Assembly: GCA_965218295.1 (NCBI GenBank)
Contig: CBDCKN010000013.1
Coordinates: forward strand, 1-64,000
DNA from: Longimicrobiales bacterium
GTDB taxonomy: Bacteria; Gemmatimonadota; Gemmatimonadetes; Longimicrobiales; Gaopeijiaceae
DNA length: 64,000 nt
Direction: 5' to 3'
Shown piece after piece: positions 1-9,526 of the stretch (position 1 is the first letter of the stretch; every line of letters starts with the position of its first letter). The position numbers and the translations under genes are program-made. The notes beneath the pieces were generated by a model, which had not been told where the DNA came from, made no database searches, and saw only the letters and a list, made by a program, of their open reading frames with translations.

Positions 1-241
1 TAGTGTGGTGTCCCAGAAGTTCGCGAGCCACCGAGAGTGCCGAGGCGCCGGATCCGGGGTACCCGCGCCGTTAGGCGTGGGTCAGGTGGCGGCGGATTTT
101 CGGTCCCGGGTCCTCCGGCTGCACCCCGTGCCGTCGAACTTCGGTGTAGCGATTCTTCGTCGTCGCAAGTGCCCGGCCGAACGCGTAAATTACGGAATAC
201 CAGGACATGACAGACGGCCTTATCCGTCGGGAGGCCGGACG

Positions 242-814
242 ATGCCAGGTTCCGATGTAGTCACAGTCGAGTTCGAGTTCACCCCCGAAGACTGGGCCAG
301 GGCCAACGCCACCCACTCATGGAACTCGGAGTTGACGAAGAAGGCGCTCAAAAAGATGCAGGTGCTTTTCGCCATGATCGTCGGGCTCATGGCCCTGCTC
401 ATGCTCCTCGGCGGATCGCCAGTGGGTGCCATCGCCATGTTGCTCGCCGGCACGGTCTTGGTGGGTGTGCTCAAGCCTCTCGTCCGCATCTCCCAGCGGC
501 GCCAGATCAAGAAGGTCGCCGACCTCGGCCTCATCAACGGCATCTTCGGACCGCATCGCGTGGAGCTGCGGGACGAAGGCATCTTGGATTCCACCACCGG
601 ATACGAATTCCTCGTGAGATGGAGCGCCATCGAGGACATCAAGGAGTCGGACGGCTCCTTCCTCATCTACTCGGGTGCCAACTCCTTCCTGACCATCCCG
701 TCCTCGGCGTTCCCCGACACCGAGACGCTGCGAGCGTTCGGCGATCGCTTCTTCGAGCGTCTCAGCCAAACAGAGACGCCAGCGCTGCCCGGTGAGGGAG
801 AGCCCGGGGACTAG
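242..814 (+). CDS. YcxB-family membrane protein
   Basis: Two hydrophobic helices followed by a YcxB-like C-terminus (…VRWSAIEDIKESDGSFLIYSGANSFLTIPSSAF…); GGAGG upstream of ATG 242. Confidence 0.7.
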   Translation: MPGSDVVTVEFEFTPEDWARANATHSWNSELTKKALKKMQVLFAMIVGLMALLMLLGGSPVGAIAMLLAGTVLVGVLKPLVRISQRRQIKKVADLGLINGIFGPHRVELRDEGILDSTTGYEFLVRWSAIEDIKESDGSFLIYSGANSFLTIPSSAFPDTETLRAFGDRFFERLSQTETPALPGEGEPGD

Positions 815-889
815 CGGACACCGGCCGTCCCGTCGGTTGGCCCTCCATCAGACGGGGTGACGTCAAGGAGCGGACATCCCATTTCTGAA

Positions 890-946
890 TTGCATCGCCC
901 ACACTTTCGGTTTATATTCGGTTCCCGTGGAAACCATAGACCGAAA
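890..946 (+). promoter_or_regulatory. sigma70-type promoter with overlapping candidate operator (copy 1)
   Basis: TTGCAT(890)-N17-TATATT(913). The 21-mer ACTTTCGGTTTATATTCGGTT (903-923) and ACCGAAA (940-946) recur with identical spacing at 13337-13380. Confidence 0.75.
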
Positions 947-950
947 TGTG

Positions 951-1259
951 ATGAGCCCTCCGACCCCGTCATCGAACGGCGCCAACAACAGCCGGCCCAG
1001 CAGGCTTCATCGGCAAAGGCTTCGCCCGTTGAAGTCCCCCTCCCCCGTCCAGGTCCGGACTGATGCCGACGGGCTGCCCACCGAGCTGCACCGACGTGGG
1101 AAGCGGTTTCGGGTAGTGGCGGTACGCGAGCGCTGGAGGATCGACGATGAGTGGTGGCGGAATCCCATCTCAAGGGAGTACTTCGCCCTGGTTCTGGAGG
1201 ACGGGCGCCCCATCATCCTCTTCCGGGACCTTGTCGCCGGGGGATGGTTCGGACAGTGA
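951..1259 (+). CDS. Small DUF6504-like protein resembling the ImuB C-terminal domain
   Basis: Motif V.v.tda.G.P…v..v.erWRIDDEWWR.PISREYF.L.LEDGR…LFRDL..GGW, typical of small proteins found with dnaE2/ImuC. Confidence 0.7.
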   Translation: MSPPTPSSNGANNSRPSRLHRQRLRPLKSPSPVQVRTDADGLPTELHRRGKRFRVVAVRERWRIDDEWWRNPISREYFALVLEDGRPIILFRDLVAGGWFGQ

Positions 1260-1477
1260 AGATCCTCCGGATCCACCTCGCCCCCCGTAGCAGAAACAGG
1301 GTGCTGGTGCACCTCGAGGACCTGGACCCGCTGGAGATCGCCCTGGACGTCATGAACCGGTCCGGGGTTCACGTGGGCTCCGAGCTCGAGCCCGCGGATC
1401 TCGCCCACCTGCGGGAAGGCGACACGAAATGGCGCGTTCGTCAGGTCGCCCTCCACCTCCTCTCCTCTCGCCCCCGG
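1256..1477 (+). pseudogene. recX: Truncated RecX (N-terminal ~74 aa only)
   Basis: GTGA overlap with the upstream gene. KILRIHLAPRSRNRVLVHLED…G.ELEPADLAHLREGD…RQVALHLLSSRPR matches the RecX N-terminus up to the AL.LLS.RPR motif, then runs into the antisense of the next gene. Confidence 0.6.
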
Positions 1478-1522
1478 GTGGAGTGGGCCGCGTTGGAGAG
1501 GGCCGCCGATCTCTGTGCGTTC

Positions 1523-4500
1523 CTAGCCGGCTCGGGCGTCCGAGTCCTCGTCGCGCATCTCCTTCAGCGCGTCGTGGATTCCCTGGGTCAGGTCTCGCTC
1601 CTGGCGTAGCGCAACGAGGAGCCGCTCGGCCTCCTTGGCCTCGTAAGTGAGCTGTCCGGAAGTCACGATGACCTGGTCCACGACCGCCTTCTGACTGCGC
1701 AGTGATTCCAGTCCCGCCCGGATATCCATGAGCAGACCGTCGGCACGGGCGAGACGCCCCTCGGCGTTCTCGATCTGCCGTTGCCGCTCGTCGATGCTCG
1801 CAAGCACCTCGGTCATCTCCTCCGCCTTGGCCCGCACCACCTCGAGGTTCTCGCTCGCGGTCTGCACCTCGTCGGTTGCCGCGGAGATGGCCCGCACGTC
1901 CTCCAGGGTACGCTCCGCCCGGGAGAAGAGCTCCTGGACCTCATCGCGAACCTGATCGATGCTCCCCTGCCTTGCCGCCAGCGTCTCGATGGAGCGGCCG
2001 AGCTCCTGCTCGACCTTGTCGAGGTCGGCAAGCTTCTCCTCGAACTGGGTGATGCGCTTCTCCGCGAAGCGCAGGCTGCCGGCCCGCGCCTCGAGGCGCT
2101 CGGCTCGCACGCCGACCTTCTCGGACTGCTCCTCCGCAGCGACCAAGTGTTCGGTAACGGAGCGGAGCTGGTCCTCAAGTGCCTGGAGGGCCGTGGCCGT
2201 CTCCTGGCGCAGGGTGGCCACTCGATCGAGATGCTCGGTGGCCTTGTCCAGAGCCTGCTGGCGTTGGGCGATATCGGCGGCGACTCGATCCACTCGCTCC
2301 GACAGCGCCGTGATGTACTCCGAGCGCTCCACTGCCGCGTCCACTCCCTCGCCCAACTCCTCCATGTGGCCTTCGGCCTTGCGTACCGCGGCCGTCACGT
2401 CCTCGATGACGGCCCGTACCTTGTCGGCCGCCTCGGCCTGCACGGACACCGCCTCGAAGCGACGATCGGCGTCGGCGAGGCTGGCCAGCAGGTTGCTCGT
2501 GCGCTCGTCGAGCTGAGTCCCGATCTCCCTCAGCTCCGACATGCGATTGTCGAGCTCCGTCAGCGACGGCTCGCGCGCTTCAAGATGTGAGGCGGCTGCC
2601 AAGACGCGGTCGGCATTCTGCCGCATGTGATCGAGGTTGGCGGTCAGGTCGTCGAGCTGCGTGATCCGCTGGCGGAGCTCGCGGATGGACTCCTGCGCAG
2701 TGGCGAGCCAGGCGCCGGTCTCGAGTTGTCCGGATTGCATCCGCTCGATCTCGGCGCGGGTGGCCCGCAGACGCTCCATGGCGTTGACGACCTCCTCTCG
2801 CGATCCCCTGAGGGTCGTGAGGTCACGAATGGCGTCCGAGACCTCGGACTGCCGAGCCTCGATCCGCTCGAGGCGGTTGGCCGCCTCCACGGCGGACGCC
2901 TCGGCCCTAGCCATCCCGTCCCGCATCCCGGTGACCAGCTCCACCTGCTCACTGAGTTGATCGAGCTGAGACGACAACGACGTCAGGCGAGCAGACAGGT
3001 GGTCACCTCTGCGGGTGGCCTCACTGACCCGCTGGCTCGCGTCGTCGAGGGCACGGAAGCGATTCTCGAACTCCGTCACTCCCATGCGCAGATCCACGAT
3101 CCGCTCATCGATGGCCTCCAGGCTGGCCCGCCCGAGCTCGAAGCTCTTCGTGCTATGCCGTACCTCCTCCCACAACCCGGCCAGCATAGACCGCAACTCC
3201 TCGTCTTCCCTCCGGATGTTCGCCTGTCCGGCCCGGAGCTCGGTAAATTGCTCGGTCACCTTGGCGTTCAGGCCACGGAGCGCCTCGACGCTCGTGTTGA
3301 CCTTCTTCACCTCCTTGACCTGCGCCCGGGCCTCCTTGAGCTTCGACTCCAGCTCCCAGTGGAGGTCCGTGAAGGCCCGTGCCTGTGCCTCCGTTCGATC
3401 GATGGCCTCTCGCTGGCGCTCCAGAGCGGCGGTCTTCTGGCTCACGTGATCGGACAGTCCACGCAACGCGTTCAACTGCCGCTCGGTGCGACCCGCCAGC
3501 TCCTCGGCCTGGGTGAGGTCCTGCATCGTGTTCTCGACCGAGGCCACACGACTGGTTGCGTATTCCACCCCCTGATCCACGGCGTCCATCCTGGTCCGGA
3601 GCTCTTTGTACCGGGAAAGGAGGGCTTCCTGCGAGCTCCGGGTGTCCGCCTGATCCTCCCGGATCCGAGCGACATCCTGGCTGTAGTCGAGGAACTGGGC
3701 CCTCGCCTCTTCCACCTGGGTGCGGAGCTTCGAGAGGGCCCCCTTCGGTCCGGAGAGCTCGGCGATCTCCTGCCTGGCCACGGACACCGACTGTACCCCC
3801 TCGCGGAGGTCGGAGACGTTCGAGTCCAGATCCTTCACCTCCTTGGAGGCCGACTGGATCGCGTCGAGGGCCTTCCGCTGATTCTCGGCCACCGCGTCGG
3901 CCTGCTGGGCGATGGCCGCCACCCGTCCTTCAAGCTGGCCAAGATCGAGTGTGCGGCCCTCGATGCGGCTGAGCTCCTCCCTGAGCTTCTCGAGATCATC
4001 CCGAACCACCGAGAGGTCTCCCTTGGGGCCGAGCAGCTCTGCCATGGCCGTCCTGGCGTCGGCCGCGGCGTCCACCTGCGAATGTAGGGAGGTCACCTGG
4101 CCCTCGAGCTTGTCGACCGAGCTCGCGCTTCGCTCCAGGGACCCGGCGAGCTCATCCTGGGATGCGGAGACCCCTTTGATCCGCTTCTCGACGACGTCGA
4201 GCTGAGCGAAGGACTCCTTCAGTCCGGTCCCGTGATCCTGCATCTGCTGGATTTCCTCGCGGATCACGTTCACCCTCTTGAGCAGGATGGCGACGGTACC
4301 GGAGGGCCCAAGCAGGTCCGCCATGTCCGTCCTGGCACCGGCCACCGCCTCCACCTGAGCGTCTAGGGTGGTCACCTGGCCCTCGAGCTTGTCGGCCGCG
4401 CTCGAGCTTCGCTCCAGGGACCCGGCGAGCTCGTCCTGGGATGCGGAGACCCCTTTGATCCGCTTCTCGACGACGTCGAGCTGAGCGACGGTCTCCTTCA

Positions 4501-5299
4501 GTCCGGTCCCGTGATCCTGCATCTCCCGAAGCTCCTCGCGGAGAACGCTCACCTGTGTGAGCAGGGTGGCGACGGTACCGGAGGGCCCGAGCAGCTCCGC
4601 TATGTTGGTCCTGGCGTCGGCCACCGCCTCCACTTGAGCGTGCAGGGTGGTCACTTGGCCCTCGAGCTTGTCGGCCGAGCTCGCGCTTCGCTCCAGGGAC
4701 CCGGCGAGCTCGTCCTGGGATGCGGAGACCCCTTTGATCCGCTTCTCGACGACGTCGAGCTGAGCGACGGACTCCTTCAGTCCGGTCCCGCGATCCTGCA
4801 TCTGCTGCAGTTCCTCGCGGAGCACGTTCACCCTCTTGAGCAGGGTGGCGACCGTACCGTAGGGGCCGGCCATCTCCGTTAGGTCGTCCTTGGCCGTGAC
4901 GATCTCGTCCACCATGGACCGGATGTCCCGGACCTGCATCTTCAAGTCGCTGACCCTCCGGGAGGCGTCGTTCAACGTGGTGTCGGACTTACTCTGCGAC
5001 TCGGTGAGCTCCTTCGCCCGCTGCTCGACCGAGTTGACCTGAGCCGACACGTCGGCGAACGTGTCTACCCGCTCCTGGAGCTCGGTGATCTGCTGGCTCA
5101 TGGCCTCCGCGCTGGCCTGGACGGCGGCCAATGGACCGGAGACGTCTCGCAGGAGCTGTTGCGCCTTCTCCGACCGCTTCAGGAGGTCGCGAAGCGCTTT
5201 CCGGTCCCTCTTGGCCTGTACGAAGATCTTCTGGAGATCTTCGGGGAGCTCTGTGATCTCTCCGCTGCCACCGAAGAGCGACTGGATCCAGGAAGCCAT
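1523..5299 (-). CDS. Large coiled-coil protein (1258 aa), function unknown
   Basis: Heptad-rich E/L/A/R/Q sequence throughout; no Walker A, signal peptide or TM helix seen; GAGGA RBS before ATG 5299. Confidence 0.85.
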   Translation of the reverse strand: MASWIQSLFGGSGEITELPEDLQKIFVQAKRDRKALRDLLKRSEKAQQLLRDVSGPLAAVQASAEAMSQQITELQERVDTFADVSAQVNSVEQRAKELTESQSKSDTTLNDASRRVSDLKMQVRDIRSMVDEIVTAKDDLTEMAGPYGTVATLLKRVNVLREELQQMQDRGTGLKESVAQLDVVEKRIKGVSASQDELAGSLERSASSADKLEGQVTTLHAQVEAVADARTNIAELLGPSGTVATLLTQVSVLREELREMQDHGTGLKETVAQLDVVEKRIKGVSASQDELAGSLERSSSAADKLEGQVTTLDAQVEAVAGARTDMADLLGPSGTVAILLKRVNVIREEIQQMQDHGTGLKESFAQLDVVEKRIKGVSASQDELAGSLERSASSVDKLEGQVTSLHSQVDAAADARTAMAELLGPKGDLSVVRDDLEKLREELSRIEGRTLDLGQLEGRVAAIAQQADAVAENQRKALDAIQSASKEVKDLDSNVSDLREGVQSVSVARQEIAELSGPKGALSKLRTQVEEARAQFLDYSQDVARIREDQADTRSSQEALLSRYKELRTRMDAVDQGVEYATSRVASVENTMQDLTQAEELAGRTERQLNALRGLSDHVSQKTAALERQREAIDRTEAQARAFTDLHWELESKLKEARAQVKEVKKVNTSVEALRGLNAKVTEQFTELRAGQANIRREDEELRSMLAGLWEEVRHSTKSFELGRASLEAIDERIVDLRMGVTEFENRFRALDDASQRVSEATRRGDHLSARLTSLSSQLDQLSEQVELVTGMRDGMARAEASAVEAANRLERIEARQSEVSDAIRDLTTLRGSREEVVNAMERLRATRAEIERMQSGQLETGAWLATAQESIRELRQRITQLDDLTANLDHMRQNADRVLAAASHLEAREPSLTELDNRMSELREIGTQLDERTSNLLASLADADRRFEAVSVQAEAADKVRAVIEDVTAAVRKAEGHMEELGEGVDAAVERSEYITALSERVDRVAADIAQRQQALDKATEHLDRVATLRQETATALQALEDQLRSVTEHLVAAEEQSEKVGVRAERLEARAGSLRFAEKRITQFEEKLADLDKVEQELGRSIETLAARQGSIDQVRDEVQELFSRAERTLEDVRAISAATDEVQTASENLEVVRAKAEEMTEVLASIDERQRQIENAEGRLARADGLLMDIRAGLESLRSQKAVVDQVIVTSGQLTYEAKEAERLLVALRQERDLTQGIHDALKEMRDEDSDARAG
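4031..4867 (-). repeat. Three near-identical in-frame 279-bp (93-aa) tandem repeats
   Basis: gcttctcgacgacgtcgagc recurs at 4183, 4462 and 4741 (period 279). Each unit starts GPxG; a fourth diverged 93-aa unit lies at 3752-4030. Confidence 0.95.
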
Positions 5300-5550
5300 G
5301 ATTCCTCTCGATCGGGGTTTCCCAAAAAAAATGTCACCCGGTCCCGGAAAATACCATGCCTTCACTCCTGACCCCCGAACAGCTCTCCCGGATGGATTCA
5401 CTCCAGAGCCAGAGTATGGCCAAGAGCCTGCGAGAGAGAGAAGGAGTGAGGCTCACGAGCGACACGCATCTTTTTCGACCCGATGCGGTAGTAGGCCTGG
5501 GCATTTCCTCTGGCGACACGGGTGTGATCGGGGGACCATGAGGGGAGACA

Positions 5551-6144
5551 GTGGAAGCACTCGTATACGAGTTCGGCGCATGGCTCGAGTCCATCGGAGT
5601 GTGGGCGTACTTCCTGGCGCCGCTGGCCACGGCCCTCGTCGCCATCCTTCCCATCCCCGCCGAATTCCCCGCAGTCCTGAACGGCATGATGTTCGGCCCC
5701 GTGCTCGGGACCCTCTTCACCTGGGGTGGAGCCTTGGTCGGCGCTCACATCAGTTTCGAGCTGGCCCGCAAGCTCGGACGGCCTCTCGCGGAGAGATTCG
5801 TCCCCGAGAAGTCGCTGGAGAAAGCCGATCAGATTGTCCTCAAGGCCGACTGGTGGGGCCTGCTTCTTCCGCGATTCATCCCCCTGATCGCGTTCACCGC
5901 CCTCAACTGGGGAGCCGGCCTCACGCTCGTGCCGCGCAGCCGGTTCTTCTGGACGACGGCCGTTGGCATCTTTCCCGGTGCGCTGGTATTCACCGCATCG
6001 GGAGCCGGTCTTCCCTTCCTCCTCGAGCGCTTCCCGGTCACGACTTGGGCGATCGCCGGGTTGATCACGGCATACGGGGGGTTCCGTCTCTACCGGAGAA
6101 ACACGCCGCGCCCTTGGCCGGGGTCGTCTATCCCCCTCCGCTGA
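5551..6144 (+). CDS. TVP38/TMEM64 (VTT/DedA-like) membrane protein
   Basis: PIPAE…NGMMFGPVLG…GA.ISFELAR.LGRP…RFIPLIAFTALNWGAGLT pattern. Confidence 0.85.
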   Translation: MEALVYEFGAWLESIGVWAYFLAPLATALVAILPIPAEFPAVLNGMMFGPVLGTLFTWGGALVGAHISFELARKLGRPLAERFVPEKSLEKADQIVLKADWWGLLLPRFIPLIAFTALNWGAGLTLVPRSRFFWTTAVGIFPGALVFTASGAGLPFLLERFPVTTWAIAGLITAYGGFRLYRRNTPRPWPGSSIPLR

Positions 6145-6335
6145 GCGAGCTCCAGCCTCTGGCGGAGAGGCCCATGGGCCGAGCCAGGGAAGGCCCACTG
6201 ATGTCCACGTCGAACTCCGGTCGAGGCCGGTTGATGTCAGAGCAGATCTGAACCCCGACAGTGATCCCGGGTCCTGGCATCACTTGGAGAGGTTCGGCCA
6301 CGCACCAGATGCGGTTTCTCGGATGCTCGCCACTC

Positions 6336-7541
6336 TCAGAAGAAGTGGGTCAACGAGAGGTAGAGCACGGTGGGCGTCAGTCCGAACTCGGATCCGATCG
6401 CCGTGGGTCCCAGGGCGTCGTCTCCGAAGCCCACGAACGCCCCCGCGCGCAGGCTCGAGTTGGAGCCGAAGCCCCACGTTCCGCCGCCCGACAGGAGGAC
6501 GCTGCCATCCGAAAGGCTGGTGAGGGCCAAGAGGTCCGCAGCCAACAGCGGATGGATCTGGTATGAGGCCTGGGCGGCCAGGGCGTCGCGTGCCAGGAGC
6601 TGGAGCTCGCCCCGTTGGAACGCAGAGGAGAGGGTCGTCTGGAAGAGCTCATCGGAATCGGCGGCACCGAAGCCCTCTCGCTGATACTCGACGATCAAGT
6701 ACAGATCCCGGCGGTACACTGCCACCCGTCGGTCGACCCCCACCGTGCCCCTCAGCACGGCTCCGACCCCGTCGTCCCGGACCGAGACCTCGGTGCGAAC
6801 GGCCCACCCAGCCAACTCCCCCACGGCGCTCATCGCCGCCGCCGCGTCGTCGAACAGCACGCCACCCCATGCCGCGACATCCCATCCCCGCCAGTTGGTC
6901 TTGCCCCGCACCAGGGCCGTCAGCTGGTCTCCACCCGGCGACGACGTGGGGCGTACCACCAGCTCCACCTCGCTGAAGGCTCCCGGATAGGCACGAACCC
7001 GGATGCCGTCGATGCCGGCCCGATACTCACGGAACGGATCGGCCGGGTCGAACGGCGCAAAGGGATCGGCAGGTGTGAGGATCAGGGTGCTCGCCCACGA
7101 AACGACTTGTCTTCCCGCAGAGAGCTCAACCGACTCACCCACGGGGAGAGTGAGGGCCAGGCGATCCACACGATGTCGCCACAAGACCTGGTCGCTCGCC
7201 TCCGCCGTCCATTCGAGCTCTAGCCAGTTGACCGCGGCGCTCGGGATCACGGCAACCGCCCCGGTGCCGAGCACGTCTTCACCGCTGATCTGGAGGGTGT
7301 GCTCGTACGCGAAGTCCAGGCCGAAGGGCCCCACGGAGGGAGCCCACATGACACGGAAGCGCTGGAAATCGGTGAGTCCGGAATCGCTCACCGGGCTTTC
7401 GCCCGAGCGGCTGAAGAGGTGCAGGTAGTAGGCTGAGAGGTCGGGCGCTTGGGCGTCGAGCACGGCCGTACCGAACGCCAGGTACAGGACCGATACGATC
7501 AGTCCCTGTCGCAGTCCCCACCGGCGCTCTGCTCCCCTCAC
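6336..7541 (-). CDS. Exported protein, probable outer-membrane beta-barrel of the ABC/LolA-like operon
   Basis: Signal peptide (…AVLDAQA), GRQ.VSW and D.EYR.GIDG.R motifs, C-terminal LYLSLTHFF beta-signal-like end. Confidence 0.6.
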   Translation of the reverse strand: MRGAERRWGLRQGLIVSVLYLAFGTAVLDAQAPDLSAYYLHLFSRSGESPVSDSGLTDFQRFRVMWAPSVGPFGLDFAYEHTLQISGEDVLGTGAVAVIPSAAVNWLELEWTAEASDQVLWRHRVDRLALTLPVGESVELSAGRQVVSWASTLILTPADPFAPFDPADPFREYRAGIDGIRVRAYPGAFSEVELVVRPTSSPGGDQLTALVRGKTNWRGWDVAAWGGVLFDDAAAAMSAVGELAGWAVRTEVSVRDDGVGAVLRGTVGVDRRVAVYRRDLYLIVEYQREGFGAADSDELFQTTLSSAFQRGELQLLARDALAAQASYQIHPLLAADLLALTSLSDGSVLLSGGGTWGFGSNSSLRAGAFVGFGDDALGPTAIGSEFGLTPTVLYLSLTHFF

Positions 7542-7556
7542 CTGTCAGGCGATCCC

Positions 7557-8270
7557 TTACTGCCTCTCGTCCAACGTCACCTGCCCGTCGACGAGGCGCA
7601 CCCGGCGGCGCGCCCGCTCCATCACGCGGAGGTCGTGGGTCGAGAAGAGAAACGTGGTGCGGTGCTCCCGGTTCAGCCGCTCCATGACGTCCAGAAGCGC
7701 GTCGCTGGTATGGGAGTCGAGATTGGCCGTGGGCTCATCCGCGAGGACGAGTGTGGGCTGGCCCACCACGGCCCGGGCGACCGCTACCCGCTGTTGCTGG
7801 CCGCCGGAGAGCTTTCCGGGCTTTCGGTCCTCCAAGCCCTCGAGGCCGATCTTCTGGAAGAGCTCCCGCACACGCCGCTGGCGCTCCTCGGTGGGCACTC
7901 CCCGCAGCAGGAGCGAGAACTCCGCGTTCTCCAGAGCCGACAGCACGGGGAGCAGGTTGAAGGCCTGGAAGACGAAGCCGATGCTCTCGAGCCGGAGCCG
8001 GGCCAGCTCCTTGTCGGAGAACTTGGTGATCTCCTGCTCGCCCACCCAGATCCGACCTCGGGTGGGGCGGGTCAGCCCCCCGAGCATGTTGAGAAGGGTC
8101 GTCTTCCCGGACCCGGAAGGGCCGGCCATGGCCATGAAGTCTCCTTCATGGATCTCCAGGGTGACGCCACGGACCGCTTCCACCTCCTCGGGCTCCTGGG
8201 GATAGACCTTCCAGAGATCCTCGGTGCGTACTGCCACCTCGGTGGCCAAGGATGGGTTCTCGTTCGTCAT
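7557..8270 (-). CDS. ABC transporter ATP-binding protein (LolD/MacB-like)
   Basis: GPSGSGKT, LSGGQQQRVAVARA, LADEPTANLD; ATGA overlap with the upstream permease. Confidence 0.95.
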   Translation of the reverse strand: MTNENPSLATEVAVRTEDLWKVYPQEPEEVEAVRGVTLEIHEGDFMAMAGPSGSGKTTLLNMLGGLTRPTRGRIWVGEQEITKFSDKELARLRLESIGFVFQAFNLLPVLSALENAEFSLLLRGVPTEERQRRVRELFQKIGLEGLEDRKPGKLSGGQQQRVAVARAVVGQPTLVLADEPTANLDSHTSDALLDVMERLNREHRTTFLFSTHDLRVMERARRRVRLVDGQVTLDERQ

Positions 8271-9526
8271 TCGAATTTCAGAGCCTCCGCGACGTCGATC
8301 CTGGTTGCCTGGATGGCGGGATAGATGGATGCCGCGATTCCGACCACGGCGATGGACACGACGCTCTGGAGGATCTGAACGGCCCGAAACTCGGGAACGA
8401 TGACCGGATCCATGACGATGCCCGAGACGGTGAAGTCGCTGTCCATGAGGAAGGAGAAGTCCAAACCGTCGCGGAAGAAGATCCACGTCAGCGCGAAGCC
8501 GGCGATCATGCCCACCACGCCGGCCAGCGCCGTAAGGAGAACTCCCTCGAGGAAGATGACGACTCCCGTCTCTCTCGGCGTGAGGCCGAGAGCCTGAAGC
8601 ACGCCGAACTCACGCCTCCGATAGAGGACCGACATGAGGATGGTGTTGAGCACGGCCAGGGCGATGATGGCGAACAGAATCCCGTGGAAGACGAAGTCGC
8701 CGTAGTCGTCGATGCGCACGGCGCTATTGAGCTGCGGGTACGCTTCGGTCCAGCTCACGACCCGGATCCCACCACCGTCCAGGCCCTCCTCCAGCGCTTG
8801 GATGGCATCGGGCACAACCCGGCTCCCCGGAAGGATGGCCCCCACCGTCGTGGCGGCCCCCTCGGCGCCCAGCCAGGCGCGGGCCGTGGTGATGGGAATG
8901 TGAACCAGGCCCTCGTCCACCTCCGGGAGACCGCTCCTGAAAACGCCCACCACACGGACGAGCTGCCCTTCGATCTCACCGTCCGTCGACTGGGCCGTGA
9001 GGACGAAGCGCGAGCCGAGCTTGAGGCCGAGGCGCTCGGCCAACCCGGTGCCCACGTAAGCGGCCAGGCGGTCGTCGGCCTCGAGGTATCGTCCCTCCAC
9101 GACCTGCTCCGCCACGTGCGAGAAGTCTGACTCCGCCGCCGGATCCACGCCCTCGATCCCCACGGGCACGGCGGACATCGTGGAGCTGGCAAGGCCGTTG
9201 GTCGAGAGCCGGATCGTAGTGGCCAGGGGGGTCATGGTAGCCGTCAGGTCGGCGAGAGCGGCGAGGGCGGCCTCGGCCTCGGGGCCCTCGAGTCGGTCGT
9301 CGAGGTTTCCGCTCTCCAAGTGATCCGGGGCCTGAAGAAGAACGTGCCCGGCGCCCATGCGGACGCCGGCATTGATCCAGTCCTCGTGTCCACCGTCGGC
9401 CAGTGATCGCGAGAACATGAGGAGTGCCAGGCCCAGGGCCATGGCCGAGGCCGTGAGGAGGCTCCTCCGGGTCTCCCGCCAAACACCTCGCCCAGCGAGG
9501 CGCGTCAGAATCAGCGTGCGCCTCAT
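8267..9526 (-). CDS. ABC transporter permease (FtsX/MacB/LolC-E-like)
   Basis: N-terminal TM, large periplasmic loop, LNTILMSV..RRREFGVLQALG, YPA..ATRID..EALK. Confidence 0.9.
   Translation of the reverse strand: MRRTLILTRLAGRGVWRETRRSLLTASAMALGLALLMFSRSLADGGHEDWINAGVRMGAGHVLLQAPDHLESGNLDDRLEGPEAEAALAALADLTATMTPLATTIRLSTNGLASSTMSAVPVGIEGVDPAAESDFSHVAEQVVEGRYLEADDRLAAYVGTGLAERLGLKLGSRFVLTAQSTDGEIEGQLVRVVGVFRSGLPEVDEGLVHIPITTARAWLGAEGAATTVGAILPGSRVVPDAIQALEEGLDGGGIRVVSWTEAYPQLNSAVRIDDYGDFVFHGILFAIIALAVLNTILMSVLYRRREFGVLQALGLTPRETGVVIFLEGVLLTALAGVVGMIAGFALTWIFFRDGLDFSFLMDSDFTVSGIVMDPVIVPEFRAVQILQSVVSIAVVGIAASIYPAIQATRIDVAEALKFE

Noticed and set aside
1..30. Possible IS/MITE terminus at the window start (TAGTGTGGTGTCCCAGAAGTTCGC)
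   Set aside because: No second copy or transposase in the window, so it cannot be supported.
1523..5299. SMC/SbcC, chemoreceptor or phage tape-measure annotation
   Set aside because: No Walker A/B or signature motif, no MCP hairpin motif, and no neighbouring phage tail genes.
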